A stretch of DNA of 64,000 nucleotides. Origin: an uncultured Schleiferiaceae bacterium (GTDB taxonomy: Bacteria > Bacteroidota > Bacteroidia > Flavobacteriales > Schleiferiaceae). Made by a program: the position numbers and the translations under genes. Each line of letters opens with the position of its first letter. Position 1 is the first letter of the stretch. This document shows positions 47,710 through 54,860 of the stretch, one piece after another. The notes beneath the pieces were generated by a model. The model saw only the letters and a list, made by a program, of their open reading frames with translations, ran no database searches and was not told where the DNA came from. The stretch covers positions 5,793-69,792 of the forward strand of contig CBFHSF010000001.1 of the NCBI GenBank assembly GCA_965658445.1, given 5' to 3'.

Positions 47710-49794
47710 ATGGAAAATAAAAACGACAAAAAAGAAAACCAGTTTAATAAACTGAAAGACCAGTTTTCTCCCAAGGGGCGAGGCAACCAGCCGGATCCCA
47801 AGAAGAAATTCAATTGGTACTGGGTCTACCTCGGACTCTTTGTACTCTTTATCGGAATGAACTTCTTTGGTGGAGTAGAAACGGAATCTAAAGACATTGG
47901 CTTCTCACAGTTCTCAGAAATGTTGGAGAACCAAGATGTGGACAAAGTCAAAATCATCAATGAGAAGGACATCCAAGTCTTCATCAAAGACGAAGCACTT
48001 AAAGAAAACGAACAATACAAGGAGGTTGCTAAACCTCGATTTGGCGATGGGCTCAACCCGGGACCTCACTACGTTTTTGAGATGCCCGCAGAGACTTTTG
48101 AGTCTCGCTTGGATCGCTTCTACGACGAGCATCCCGATTTGGCTAAGGCCAATGGTCGCTTGGAGACCCAATACGATACTCAAACGGATCGTTGGGGAGA
48201 TATCATCGCATGGACTTTCCCATTCATTATCATGATTGCCATCTGGCTCTTTATTATGAGAAGGATGAGTGGCGGAGGTGCCGGTGGAGGTTCGCAAATC
48301 TTCAACATTGGTAAGTCCAAGGCACAAGTATATGACCAAGACACTAAGGTCAAGGTGACCTTTAACAATGTGGCTGGACTAGAAGGTGCCAAAGAGGAGA
48401 TTCAGGAGATTGTTGACTTCCTTAAAAACCCCAAAAAATACAATGACCTAGGAGGTAAGATTCCGAGAGGGGTATTGCTTTCAGGACCTCCGGGAACCGG
48501 TAAAACCTTATTGGCCAAAGCCGTTGCCGGCGAAGCCAAAGTTCCCTTCTTCTCCTTGTCTGGTTCTGACTTTGTGGAGATGTTTGTAGGAGTGGGTGCC
48601 TCTCGGGTTCGCGACTTGTTCAAACAAGCCAAAGAAAAGTCGCCGTGTATCATCTTTATTGATGAGATTGACGCCATTGGACGCGCACGTGGTAAATCCA
48701 ATTTTAGCGGAGGTAATGACGAGAGGGAAAACACCTTGAACCAATTGCTTACCGAAATGGACGGCTTTGGAACGAATCAACACGTGATCGTTATTGCGGC
48801 CACTAACCGTGCAGATATTCTCGATAGAGCCTTGACGCGTGCGGGACGTTTTGATAGAATTGTATACGTTGATCTTCCAGACCTCAATGAGCGCCAAGAA
48901 ATCTTCGAGGTACACCTCAAGCCACTGAAGCTCTCAGGAGATTTAGATATCGAATTATTGGCCAAGCAAACGCCTGGATTCTCAGGTGCTGATATTGCCA
49001 ACGTTTGTAACGAAGCGGCCTTGGTAGCGGCTCGTAAGGACAAGAAGTCCATCGACAAGCAAGACTTCCTAGATGCCATTGATAGAATCGTAGGTGGTTT
49101 GGAGAAGAAATCTAAAATCATTACTCCTGAGGAGAAAAAGGTTATCGCATTCCACGAAGCGGGTCACGCAACGGTGAGTTGGATGACAGAATTTGCCTCA
49201 CCCTTAGTTAAAGTAACCATCGTACCCAGAGGTAAGAGCCTCGGTGCTGCATGGTACCTTCCAGAGGAAAGACAGATTACCACAGCCGAGCAGATGAATG
49301 ACGAAATGGCGGCAGCTCTCGGTGGGCGCGCAGCAGAAGAAATCATCTTTGGGAAAATTTCTACAGGAGCCTTGAGTGACCTAGAGAAAGTGACCAAACA
49401 AGCTCGTGCCATGGTAACGGTTTATGGTCTCAACGACAAACTAGGTAATATCACCTATTACGATAGCTCAGGTCAGTCAGATCAAACCTTTAGCAAGCCT
49501 TATTCTGAGAAGACGGCTCAGATGATTGATGAGGAGATTCACACCCTTATCGAAAATCAATATCAGAGAACGTTAGATATTCTTAGAGATAATAAAGACA
49601 AGCTTACGGAATTGGCGGAGCGTCTTTTGGAGAAAGAAGTGATTTTCAAGGAAGACTTGGAAAGCATCTTTGGACCCAGAAAATGGGGAAAACCAGAAGA
49701 AAATAAGAATACCCTTACAGAACCCGAAAAGCTGGATGATGCCATTTTACCTTCTGAAGGCAGCTCGGAAAAGCCTTCTGAGTCAGAGGTTTAG
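47710..49794 (+). CDS. ftsH: ATP-dependent zinc metalloprotease FtsH
   Basis: Two N-terminal TM helices, Walker A GPPGTGKT, Walker [30 protein letters not shown], and Zn motif HEAGH. Confidence 0.97.
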   Translation: MENKNDKKENQFNKLKDQFSPKGRGNQPDPKKKFNWYWVYLGLFVLFIGMNFFGGVETESKDIGFSQFSEMLENQDVDKVKIINEKDIQVFIKDEALKENEQYKEVAKPRFGDGLNPGPHYVFEMPAETFESRLDRFYDEHPDLAKANGRLETQYDTQTDRWGDIIAWTFPFIIMIAIWLFIMRRMSGGGAGGGSQIFNIGKSKAQVYDQDTKVKVTFNNVAGLEGAKEEIQEIVDFLKNPKKYNDLGGKIPRGVLLSGPPGTGKTLLAKAVAGEAKVPFFSLSGSDFVEMFVGVGASRVRDLFKQAKEKSPCIIFIDEIDAIGRARGKSNFSGGNDERENTLNQLLTEMDGFGTNQHVIVIAATNRADILDRALTRAGRFDRIVYVDLPDLNERQEIFEVHLKPLKLSGDLDIELLAKQTPGFSGADIANVCNEAALVAARKDKKSIDKQDFLDAIDRIVGGLEKKSKIITPEEKKVIAFHEAGHATVSWMTEFASPLVKVTIVPRGKSLGAAWYLPEERQITTAEQMNDEMAAALGGRAAEEIIFGKISTGALSDLEKVTKQARAMVTVYGLNDKLGNITYYDSSGQSDQTFSKPYSEKTAQMIDEEIHTLIENQYQRTLDILRDNKDKLTELAERLLEKEVIFKEDLESIFGPRKWGKPEENKNTLTEPEKLDDAILPSEGSSEKPSESEV

Positions 49795-49832
49795 AGACTT
49801 ATCCAAACATAGGGATTAAGAAAATCAGAAAA

Positions 49833-49877
49833 CATTGGCAGGGAAATTATGATAGTTCTCTGTCAATGTTTTATTTT
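49833..49877 (+). terminator. rho-independent terminator after ftsH
   Basis: 13-bp stem CATTGGCAGGGAA / TTCTCTGTCAATG. It contains two G-U pairs that form only on the plus-strand RNA. Followed by TTTTATTTT. Confidence 0.75.
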
Positions 49878-49905
49878 AGTTCCATGTGTCAAATTATCTC
49901 GTTAA

Positions 49906-50538
49906 ATGGGTAGCGATTCCAAAGGCGGTTTTTTCTCAAAATTTATATCAGCTCTCAGTGGTAGACCTTCCGTTTCTGAGCAGGAGAATCCTGAGGTAAG
50001 TCCCTATGCGCCCAAAAAAGACGAGCCGGATGATTTGAAGTTTGTAAAGAAGTTTACCGAAGCTGGAGGTAACTTTCTCTACTGCGAATCCAATGAAGAC
50101 GCCGTCTTCAACCTTCAAAAAATTCTTTTGGAAACCGGTGTCCGAAACTTATTTGTTCCGGAAGACCCCATTCGTTCTCTTTTGAACGGTCAAAAAGTAC
50201 CCACTTCACAAAATTGCGATTTAGCTGATGGTATTCTCACTTCGTGTGAAGCTTTGGTTTCTTTCAATGGAGGCATTATGATCGATGGGTTTCAGACGGG
50301 AGGAAAGACGCTCTCTAGCCTTCCAGAGACACATATCATTTTTGGTAAGACCTCGTTGATTGTTCAGAACCTCTCTGCGGGAATGTCCAAAATCAACAAC
50401 AAGTACAAAGAAAAACGCCCTTCTCAAATTACTACTCTTAAAGGGCCTAGAGACAAGGGTGTGTTGCAGGCTTCTGCTGATCCCAACAAAAAAAGAAACC
50501 TCTATTTACTTCTCATAGAGGACGATTTAAAAGTATGA
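49906..50538 (+). CDS. LUD (LutC/YkgG-like) domain protein
   Basis: The C-terminal half resembles LUD_dom. The ftsH-LUD-cdsA-psd gene order is typical of Flavobacteriia, from my memory. Confidence 0.55.
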   Translation: MGSDSKGGFFSKFISALSGRPSVSEQENPEVSPYAPKKDEPDDLKFVKKFTEAGGNFLYCESNEDAVFNLQKILLETGVRNLFVPEDPIRSLLNGQKVPTSQNCDLADGILTSCEALVSFNGGIMIDGFQTGGKTLSSLPETHIIFGKTSLIVQNLSAGMSKINNKYKEKRPSQITTLKGPRDKGVLQASADPNKKRNLYLLLIEDDLKV

Positions 50539-51329
50539 ACGAAACATTAGTCAGAGCGCTCTCGGGTGCTGTCTACGTGGCTTTGATTGTGGCTGGAATC
50601 TGGTTTGGTCCTGAATCATGGGTTGCGCTCTCCACTGTATTTTTCATTTTGTGCGGATTGGAGTGGAGTCGACTTTCCAAAGCTGCCTTTGAAAAGCGCA
50701 CCGTCACTCAATGGATATTAGGCCTTGCTCTCTATGGAGGATTTGCAGCTTGGGTAATCCAAGGTAATCCGCTTCCTGCATTACCTCTCGCAATACTCGC
50801 AGGTATTTTACTGATAGGCCACACGATTTACCTCTTTACGGATCAGCCCAAGAATTCAACGCTTTCTGCTGCCACATACTTGGCCTTTCCCCTGGGGATA
50901 GGATTGTTAATTCCCTATTCTACTGGAGAGTATAACCCATTGCTCCTCGTTGCTGTCTTTGCTGGAATTTGGGCCAATGATACCTTTGCCTACCTATCTG
51001 GTCGAGCTTTCGGAAAAACGAAACTGGCCCCTTCCATTAGTCCTAAAAAAACTTGGGAAGGATTTGCGGGAGGGCTCTTAGGCGTTTATGCAGTGCTGTT
51101 TCTGTTCAAAGAAAACTTGCCCTCCAATCAATGGTGGGAATTGGCCATTTTGGCCATTTTACTATCATCCGGATCTACGGTGGGAGATTTACTCGAATCC
51201 AAAATCAAGCGCAAAGCCGGCGTCAAAGATTCTGGAAATATCATGCCTGGGCACGGCGGAATGCTCGATCGATTGGATAGTTACCTTTTTGTGGCTCCTT
51301 TGTTTTACCTTTACGCCGCCGTACTTTAA
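50535..51329 (+). CDS. cdsA: phosphatidate cytidylyltransferase
   Basis: Polytopic membrane protein with the CdsA signature SKIKRKAGVKDSGNIMPGHGGMLDRLDS. ATGA overlap with the upstream stop. Confidence 0.9.
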   Translation: MNETLVRALSGAVYVALIVAGIWFGPESWVALSTVFFILCGLEWSRLSKAAFEKRTVTQWILGLALYGGFAAWVIQGNPLPALPLAILAGILLIGHTIYLFTDQPKNSTLSAATYLAFPLGIGLLIPYSTGEYNPLLLVAVFAGIWANDTFAYLSGRAFGKTKLAPSISPKKTWEGFAGGLLGVYAVLFLFKENLPSNQWWELAILAILLSSGSTVGDLLESKIKRKAGVKDSGNIMPGHGGMLDRLDSYLFVAPLFYLYAAVL

Positions 51330-51350
51330 TCGACCAAACACTATTGATTC

Positions 51351-52004
51351 ATGAAATTACACAGAGAAGGAAGGGCTTCATTGCTATTGGGAATGGTATT
51401 TATGTTGATCATTTACCTCCTGACAGAGTTTGCCATTGAAAATGTAATTGTCAATTCCATACTTTGGGGAGTTGCGATTTTTATTCTTTTGTTTTTGATG
51501 TGGTTTTTCCGCGTTCCCAGCAGAAAAATGACCTTCGCCGACGATCAGGTGATTGCTCCAGCCGATGGAAAAGTCGTTGTGATTGAGGAAGTTGAAGATT
51601 CAGAATTCTTCAAAGGAAAGAGACTACAATTGTCTATTTTCATGTCTCCTTTAAACGTTCACGTAAACCGTTTTCCCATTCCTGGGAAAGTTACATATGC
51701 TAAATACCATCCGGGCGCGTTCCTAGTAGCATGGCACCCTAAGAGTTCTACGCTCAACGAAAGAACCACCGTTGTAGTAGAGAATGAAAAAGGAGCTGTG
51801 ATGTACCGTCAGATTGCCGGAGCGCTTGCCAGAAGGATTGTTATGTATGCAAAAGCAGGCCAAACCGTAAACCAAAACCAAGAATCTGGGTTTATTAAAT
51901 TTGGGTCCCGTGTTGATTTGTTACTTCCCTTAGATGCTGAGATTCACGTAAAAGTGGGCGATAAGCCCCAAGGAGGAGTTACCAAAATTGCGACCCTTCC
52001 TTAG
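51351..52004 (+). CDS. psd: phosphatidylserine decarboxylase proenzyme (short Bacteroidota type)
   Basis: FMSPLNVHVNR and the self-cleavage region FIKFGSRVDL (G-S). Confidence 0.9.
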   Translation: MKLHREGRASLLLGMVFMLIIYLLTEFAIENVIVNSILWGVAIFILLFLMWFFRVPSRKMTFADDQVIAPADGKVVVIEEVEDSEFFKGKRLQLSIFMSPLNVHVNRFPIPGKVTYAKYHPGAFLVAWHPKSSTLNERTTVVVENEKGAVMYRQIAGALARRIVMYAKAGQTVNQNQESGFIKFGSRVDLLLPLDAEIHVKVGDKPQGGVTKIATLP

Positions 52005-52019
52005 AACAGAGAAGTACAT

Positions 52020-52043
52020 TGTTCACAATTGCCTGTTCACAAT
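52020..52043. repeat. direct repeat TGTTCACAAT x2 at 14-nt spacing
   Basis: Copies at 52020-52029 and 52034-52043, just after the psd stop. TGTTCAC is the reverse complement of the GTGAACA heptad at 1279. Confidence 0.8.
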
Positions 52044-52109
52044 CCCTTAAATTAGTGAGGCTTCTCACAGGGATTAATTACTAGTTTTGAATAATCAAGG
52101 AATAAGCAC

Positions 52110-52406
52110 ATGCCAAAAGAGTCCATTCAAGAGGAGTTTGAGCGATTTATAGAAATTGGACGTGTCATGCCAAAGCAGACGCCGGACAAAATGCTAATCG
52201 CTTATGGCTTTTACAAGCAGGCCCTAGTAGGGGACTGTGTAGAAGACCGTCCCAAAGAAAACTCTACGGTGGTAGAAACCTTTATGCACGATTCCTGGAA
52301 GCGCCTAAAGGGTATGGCAAAAGAAGAGGCAATGGGCAAGTACATAGCCTACATCAAAGAGTTATTGGTCGAAGAAAAGTTGACCGTAGCGAGTTTTTCC
52401 AAGTAA
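52110..52406 (+). CDS. acyl-CoA-binding protein (ACBP)
   Basis: Aligns by eye along its length with canonical ACBP: PDKMLIAYGFYKQALVGDC, DSWKRLKG and KEEAMGKYIAYIKEL. Confidence 0.88.
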   Translation: MPKESIQEEFERFIEIGRVMPKQTPDKMLIAYGFYKQALVGDCVEDRPKENSTVVETFMHDSWKRLKGMAKEEAMGKYIAYIKELLVEEKLTVASFSK

Positions 52407-52470
52407 AGAATTTATTGGTGTTGAGTAGTTTGCGGTGAACTGAGTGCGGGTTTTTAGAAAACATATTTTC

Positions 52471-52540
52471 CTAGTTCCTAGTTCCTAGTTCCTAGTTCCC
52501 AGTCCCTAGTTCCCAGTCCCTAGCCCTTAGTCCCTACCTT
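52471..52540. repeat. heptanucleotide tandem array (10 heptads, CTAGTTC family)
   Basis: CTAGTTC x4, CCAGTCC, CTAGTTC, CCAGTCC, CTAGCCC, TTAGTCC, CTACCTT. Confidence 0.95.
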
Positions 52541-52723
52541 CAGGGGCCACACCCCTGTCCCCGGTCTCAAGCTACAAGTTATTCCGAAAGTAACCCGTCA
52601 AGTAAACGCTTTCAGACGACACAATTCGCCTTCGGAAAAATCAACAAAGCCGAAAAGATAGATTCGGCTACAATCGATTGTTTTACGACTAATTAAATTT
52701 CGGTTTGTAACTTCTCTTGGGGA

Positions 52724-52740
52724 GGGCGTGATACACGCCC
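52724..52740. repeat. unit 1 hairpin GGGCGTG-ATA-CACGCCC
   Basis: Perfect 7-bp stem with a 3-nt loop. Confidence 0.95.
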
Positions 52741-52828
52741 CGACTGAGGCGTTTTGAATCGGTTTCAACCGAATACAATTGATTAAATGACGCTTGGTGG
52801 TTTCGATCTGTGTAACTTTCCATGGGGA

Positions 52829-52845
52829 GGGAATCGTGGATTCCC
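52829..52845. repeat. unit 2 hairpin GGGAATC-GTG-GATTCCC
   Basis: Perfect 7-bp stem with a 3-nt loop. Confidence 0.95.
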
Positions 52846-52934
52846 CGGCCTAAGCTCATTCAGCCGAGTACTACCGAACGTAACCGATTCTTATAGTCTC
52901 AGATTTGGAATAATTCCGAAATTCACTCAGGGGA

Positions 52935-52949
52935 GGGGTCGTAGACCCC
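52935..52949. repeat. unit 3 hairpin GGGGTC-GTA-GACCCC
   Basis: Perfect 6-bp stem with a 3-nt loop. Confidence 0.95.
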
Positions 52950-52963
52950 CTCAATAATCCAAG

Positions 52964-53009
52964 TTATCTGTTACCTGTTATCTGTTGCCTGTTGCTCGTT
53001 GCCTGTTTC
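52964..53009. repeat. heptanucleotide tandem array (TTATCTG/TTGCCTG family, 6-7 heptads)
   Basis: TTATCTG TTACCTG TTATCTG TTGCCTG TTGCTCG TTGCCTG TTTCC, abutting the cmk stop codon (53010-53012). Confidence 0.92.
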
Positions 53010-53702
53010 CTATTCCCCAATCTCCTCCATCGCCCAATCCACAGCAATGACAAACTGTTCTTCGCGGCTTAGGTGTGAGTTGTCCAGAACGCGAGCATCA
53101 TCTACTTGAATCAACGGGCTCTCTTCACGAGTCATATCAATATGATCTCTCTCCGTCAGGTTTTGTGCAACCGCTTCTAAAGTGACATCGTCACCCTTTG
53201 CCTTGAGCTCATCGAATCGCCTTTGCGCTCTGATTGCGGGATCTGCGGTCATAAAAATTTTCAATTCGGCATCGGGGAATACCACGGAGCCAATGTCCCT
53301 ACCGTCCATTACCACTTCCTTTTCTCTGCCCATTTCCTGTTGCAAGGCCACCATTTTTCTTCTGACCTCTGGGATGGCTGCAACCGAACTTACTTTTGAG
53401 GAGACTTCCAGGGTTCTAATGGTATCCTCGACGTTTTTACCGTTTAGGAAAGCGGAGTTTTTGTCCTCCTCGGGCATATACTCAAATGAAATGGTAATCT
53501 CAGAGAGTGCCTCAATGAGTTTCTCAACACGTATGCCCTCTGTGCCAATGAAATTGTTTTCTATAGCGTATAGGGCCACACAACGGTACATTGCGCCGGT
53601 ATCTATATATCGATAGGAAAGTTTCTTTGCGAGGTTTTTAGCTAGCGTACTCTTCCCCGTAGAAGAGTAACCGTCTATGGCAATGGTGATTTTGTTTGGC
53701 AT
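53010..53702 (-). CDS. cmk: cytidylate kinase
   Basis: ITIAIDGYSSTGKSTLAKNLA P-loop, IDTGAMYR, and MDGRDIGSVVFPDA. Confidence 0.95.
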   Translation of the reverse strand: MPNKITIAIDGYSSTGKSTLAKNLAKKLSYRYIDTGAMYRCVALYAIENNFIGTEGIRVEKLIEALSEITISFEYMPEEDKNSAFLNGKNVEDTIRTLEVSSKVSSVAAIPEVRRKMVALQQEMGREKEVVMDGRDIGSVVFPDAELKIFMTADPAIRAQRRFDELKAKGDDVTLEAVAQNLTERDHIDMTREESPLIQVDDARVLDNSHLSREEQFVIAVDWAMEEIGE

Positions 53703-53713
53703 GAGGATCAGTT

Positions 53714-54736
53714 CTAGAAATCTCCCAGGCGAGTGGTCACAGAAATGTGATGCATTCTTCCCGCGACATTCATATTGGTATTGGAGTATCCCAGTTTGAA
53801 TTTGTAGAGCTTGAAGCCCAATCCAAAACTCAAACCCGCAGAAGACCTGCGCGTGGGAATCGCCATTTCTAATTGTTGTCTAAAGTGGTAACCTACGTTT
53901 AGGTAAAATTTATCCGATGGGCTGAGTTCCGCAGAAAGGGCCACGTGACGGATTAATTTATTCCAAAAGTTGGGTTCGTTGTAAACCAGTTCTCCCGTTA
54001 CAAAGTCACGTGTATAGGCGTTGGGGTCGTCGTAAGTCAAATCCCATTGATGGAGCTTTTCTAAGTGAATTCCCCAACGTAGCGGAACGTGTTTGAATCG
54101 CTGTGAAATGCTGTATTGCAAATCAAAGGGAAGTGTTTCTGTTGAGTTCGAAAACGGTGTGACCTGATAACCCACGTTTTTTGCCATCATGGACATGATG
54201 ATCTGAGTGTTGGGAATTCTATACGTTGCCGCTAAGTCAAAGGCCATTCCCCATGACGAAAATTCAGCGTAAGCACCGTTGATGAGCTTCATGTTGGCTC
54301 CCACATTCCAATTGGTATCCAATGCATAACCCCATCCGATCTGAAACATGTAGTCGGCGGCGGTAAATTGCCCCACTACCTGAGAGTTGACCAAAGTTCT
54401 CTGAAAATCTCCATAGTAGGCATACTTAAATCCCGCCATAAAAGTTCCGTATTTTTTGAAGTCATGGGCGTAGGCTACTTCTCCTAAACTCACATCAGCC
54501 GCCAAGGCAACGTAGTGAAATCCAAGTTGTCCACTGTATTCGGGATTGAGCAGAGAAGGGTTTACAAAACCAAAGCTGACATCTGCATCGGGGTGAGCTA
54601 AGTGCAATCCGGAGAGCCCTGAAATTCTTGCAGAAGGGGTTACGTTCAAAAAACTGTAGACAGAAGTTCCTCCCACCTGAGAAAAACCGGTGAGGCTTGA
54701 GAGAATTCCCAAACTGAGGAGTAGTTTTTTGATCAT
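53714..54736 (-). CDS. porQ: PorQ-like type IX secretion outer-membrane beta-barrel protein
   Basis: Signal peptide MIKKLLLSLGILSSLTGFSQ, then GGTSVYSFLNVTPSARISGLSG, which I recall as PorQ-like, then a beta-barrel pattern. Start moved to ATG 54736. Confidence 0.55.
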   Translation of the reverse strand: MIKKLLLSLGILSSLTGFSQVGGTSVYSFLNVTPSARISGLSGLHLAHPDADVSFGFVNPSLLNPEYSGQLGFHYVALAADVSLGEVAYAHDFKKYGTFMAGFKYAYYGDFQRTLVNSQVVGQFTAADYMFQIGWGYALDTNWNVGANMKLINGAYAEFSSWGMAFDLAATYRIPNTQIIMSMMAKNVGYQVTPFSNSTETLPFDLQYSISQRFKHVPLRWGIHLEKLHQWDLTYDDPNAYTRDFVTGELVYNEPNFWNKLIRHVALSAELSPSDKFYLNVGYHFRQQLEMAIPTRRSSAGLSFGLGFKLYKFKLGYSNTNMNVAGRMHHISVTTRLGDF

Positions 54737-54804
54737 AGAACAAAGAAAAGAATTATTGTCTAAACGCAGGTCTAGCCTGAATATTGAATGCGAAGAAAAA
54801 AAGC

Positions 54805-54834
54805 TCAAAAAGAAAGAATCCCGCCGAAGCGGGA
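54805..54834 (-). terminator. rho-independent terminator after fadD
   Basis: On the minus strand: TCCCGC-TTCG-GCGGGA followed by a T-rich tract. The 18-nt core is identical to the hairpin at 24226-24243. Confidence 0.7.
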
Positions 54835-54860
54835 CCTTTCCGTAGGATGAAAAAAGAAGA

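Larger units (their letters stand above)
52541..52960. repeat. array of 3-4 divergent structured repeat units of about 105 nt (candidate ncRNA or REP-like elements)
   Basis: GGGGAGGG-hairpin-CCCC cores begin at 52719, 52824 and 52930, with a degenerate core at 52542. The flanks are conserved and the inner stem bases covary. Confidence 0.85.

Noticed and set aside
52787-52957. A 56-codon ATG-initiated ORF spanning repeat units 2 and 3 (MTLGGFDLCNFPWGGNRGFPGLSSFS...).
   Set aside because: The repeat period between units 2 and 3 is 106 nt, so the units are read in different frames. Unit 1 in the equivalent frame has no start codon and ends at a TGA after 17 codons. The differences between copies preserve base pairing rather than amino acids. 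A structural DNA or RNA element explains the data better than a peptide.
52541-52960. Possible CRISPR array, because of regularly spaced repeats with palindromic cores.
   Set aside because: The repeat cores are not identical to each other. The sequences that would be spacers are themselves homologous between units. The period (about 105 nt) is far from CRISPR geometry. No cas genes are present.
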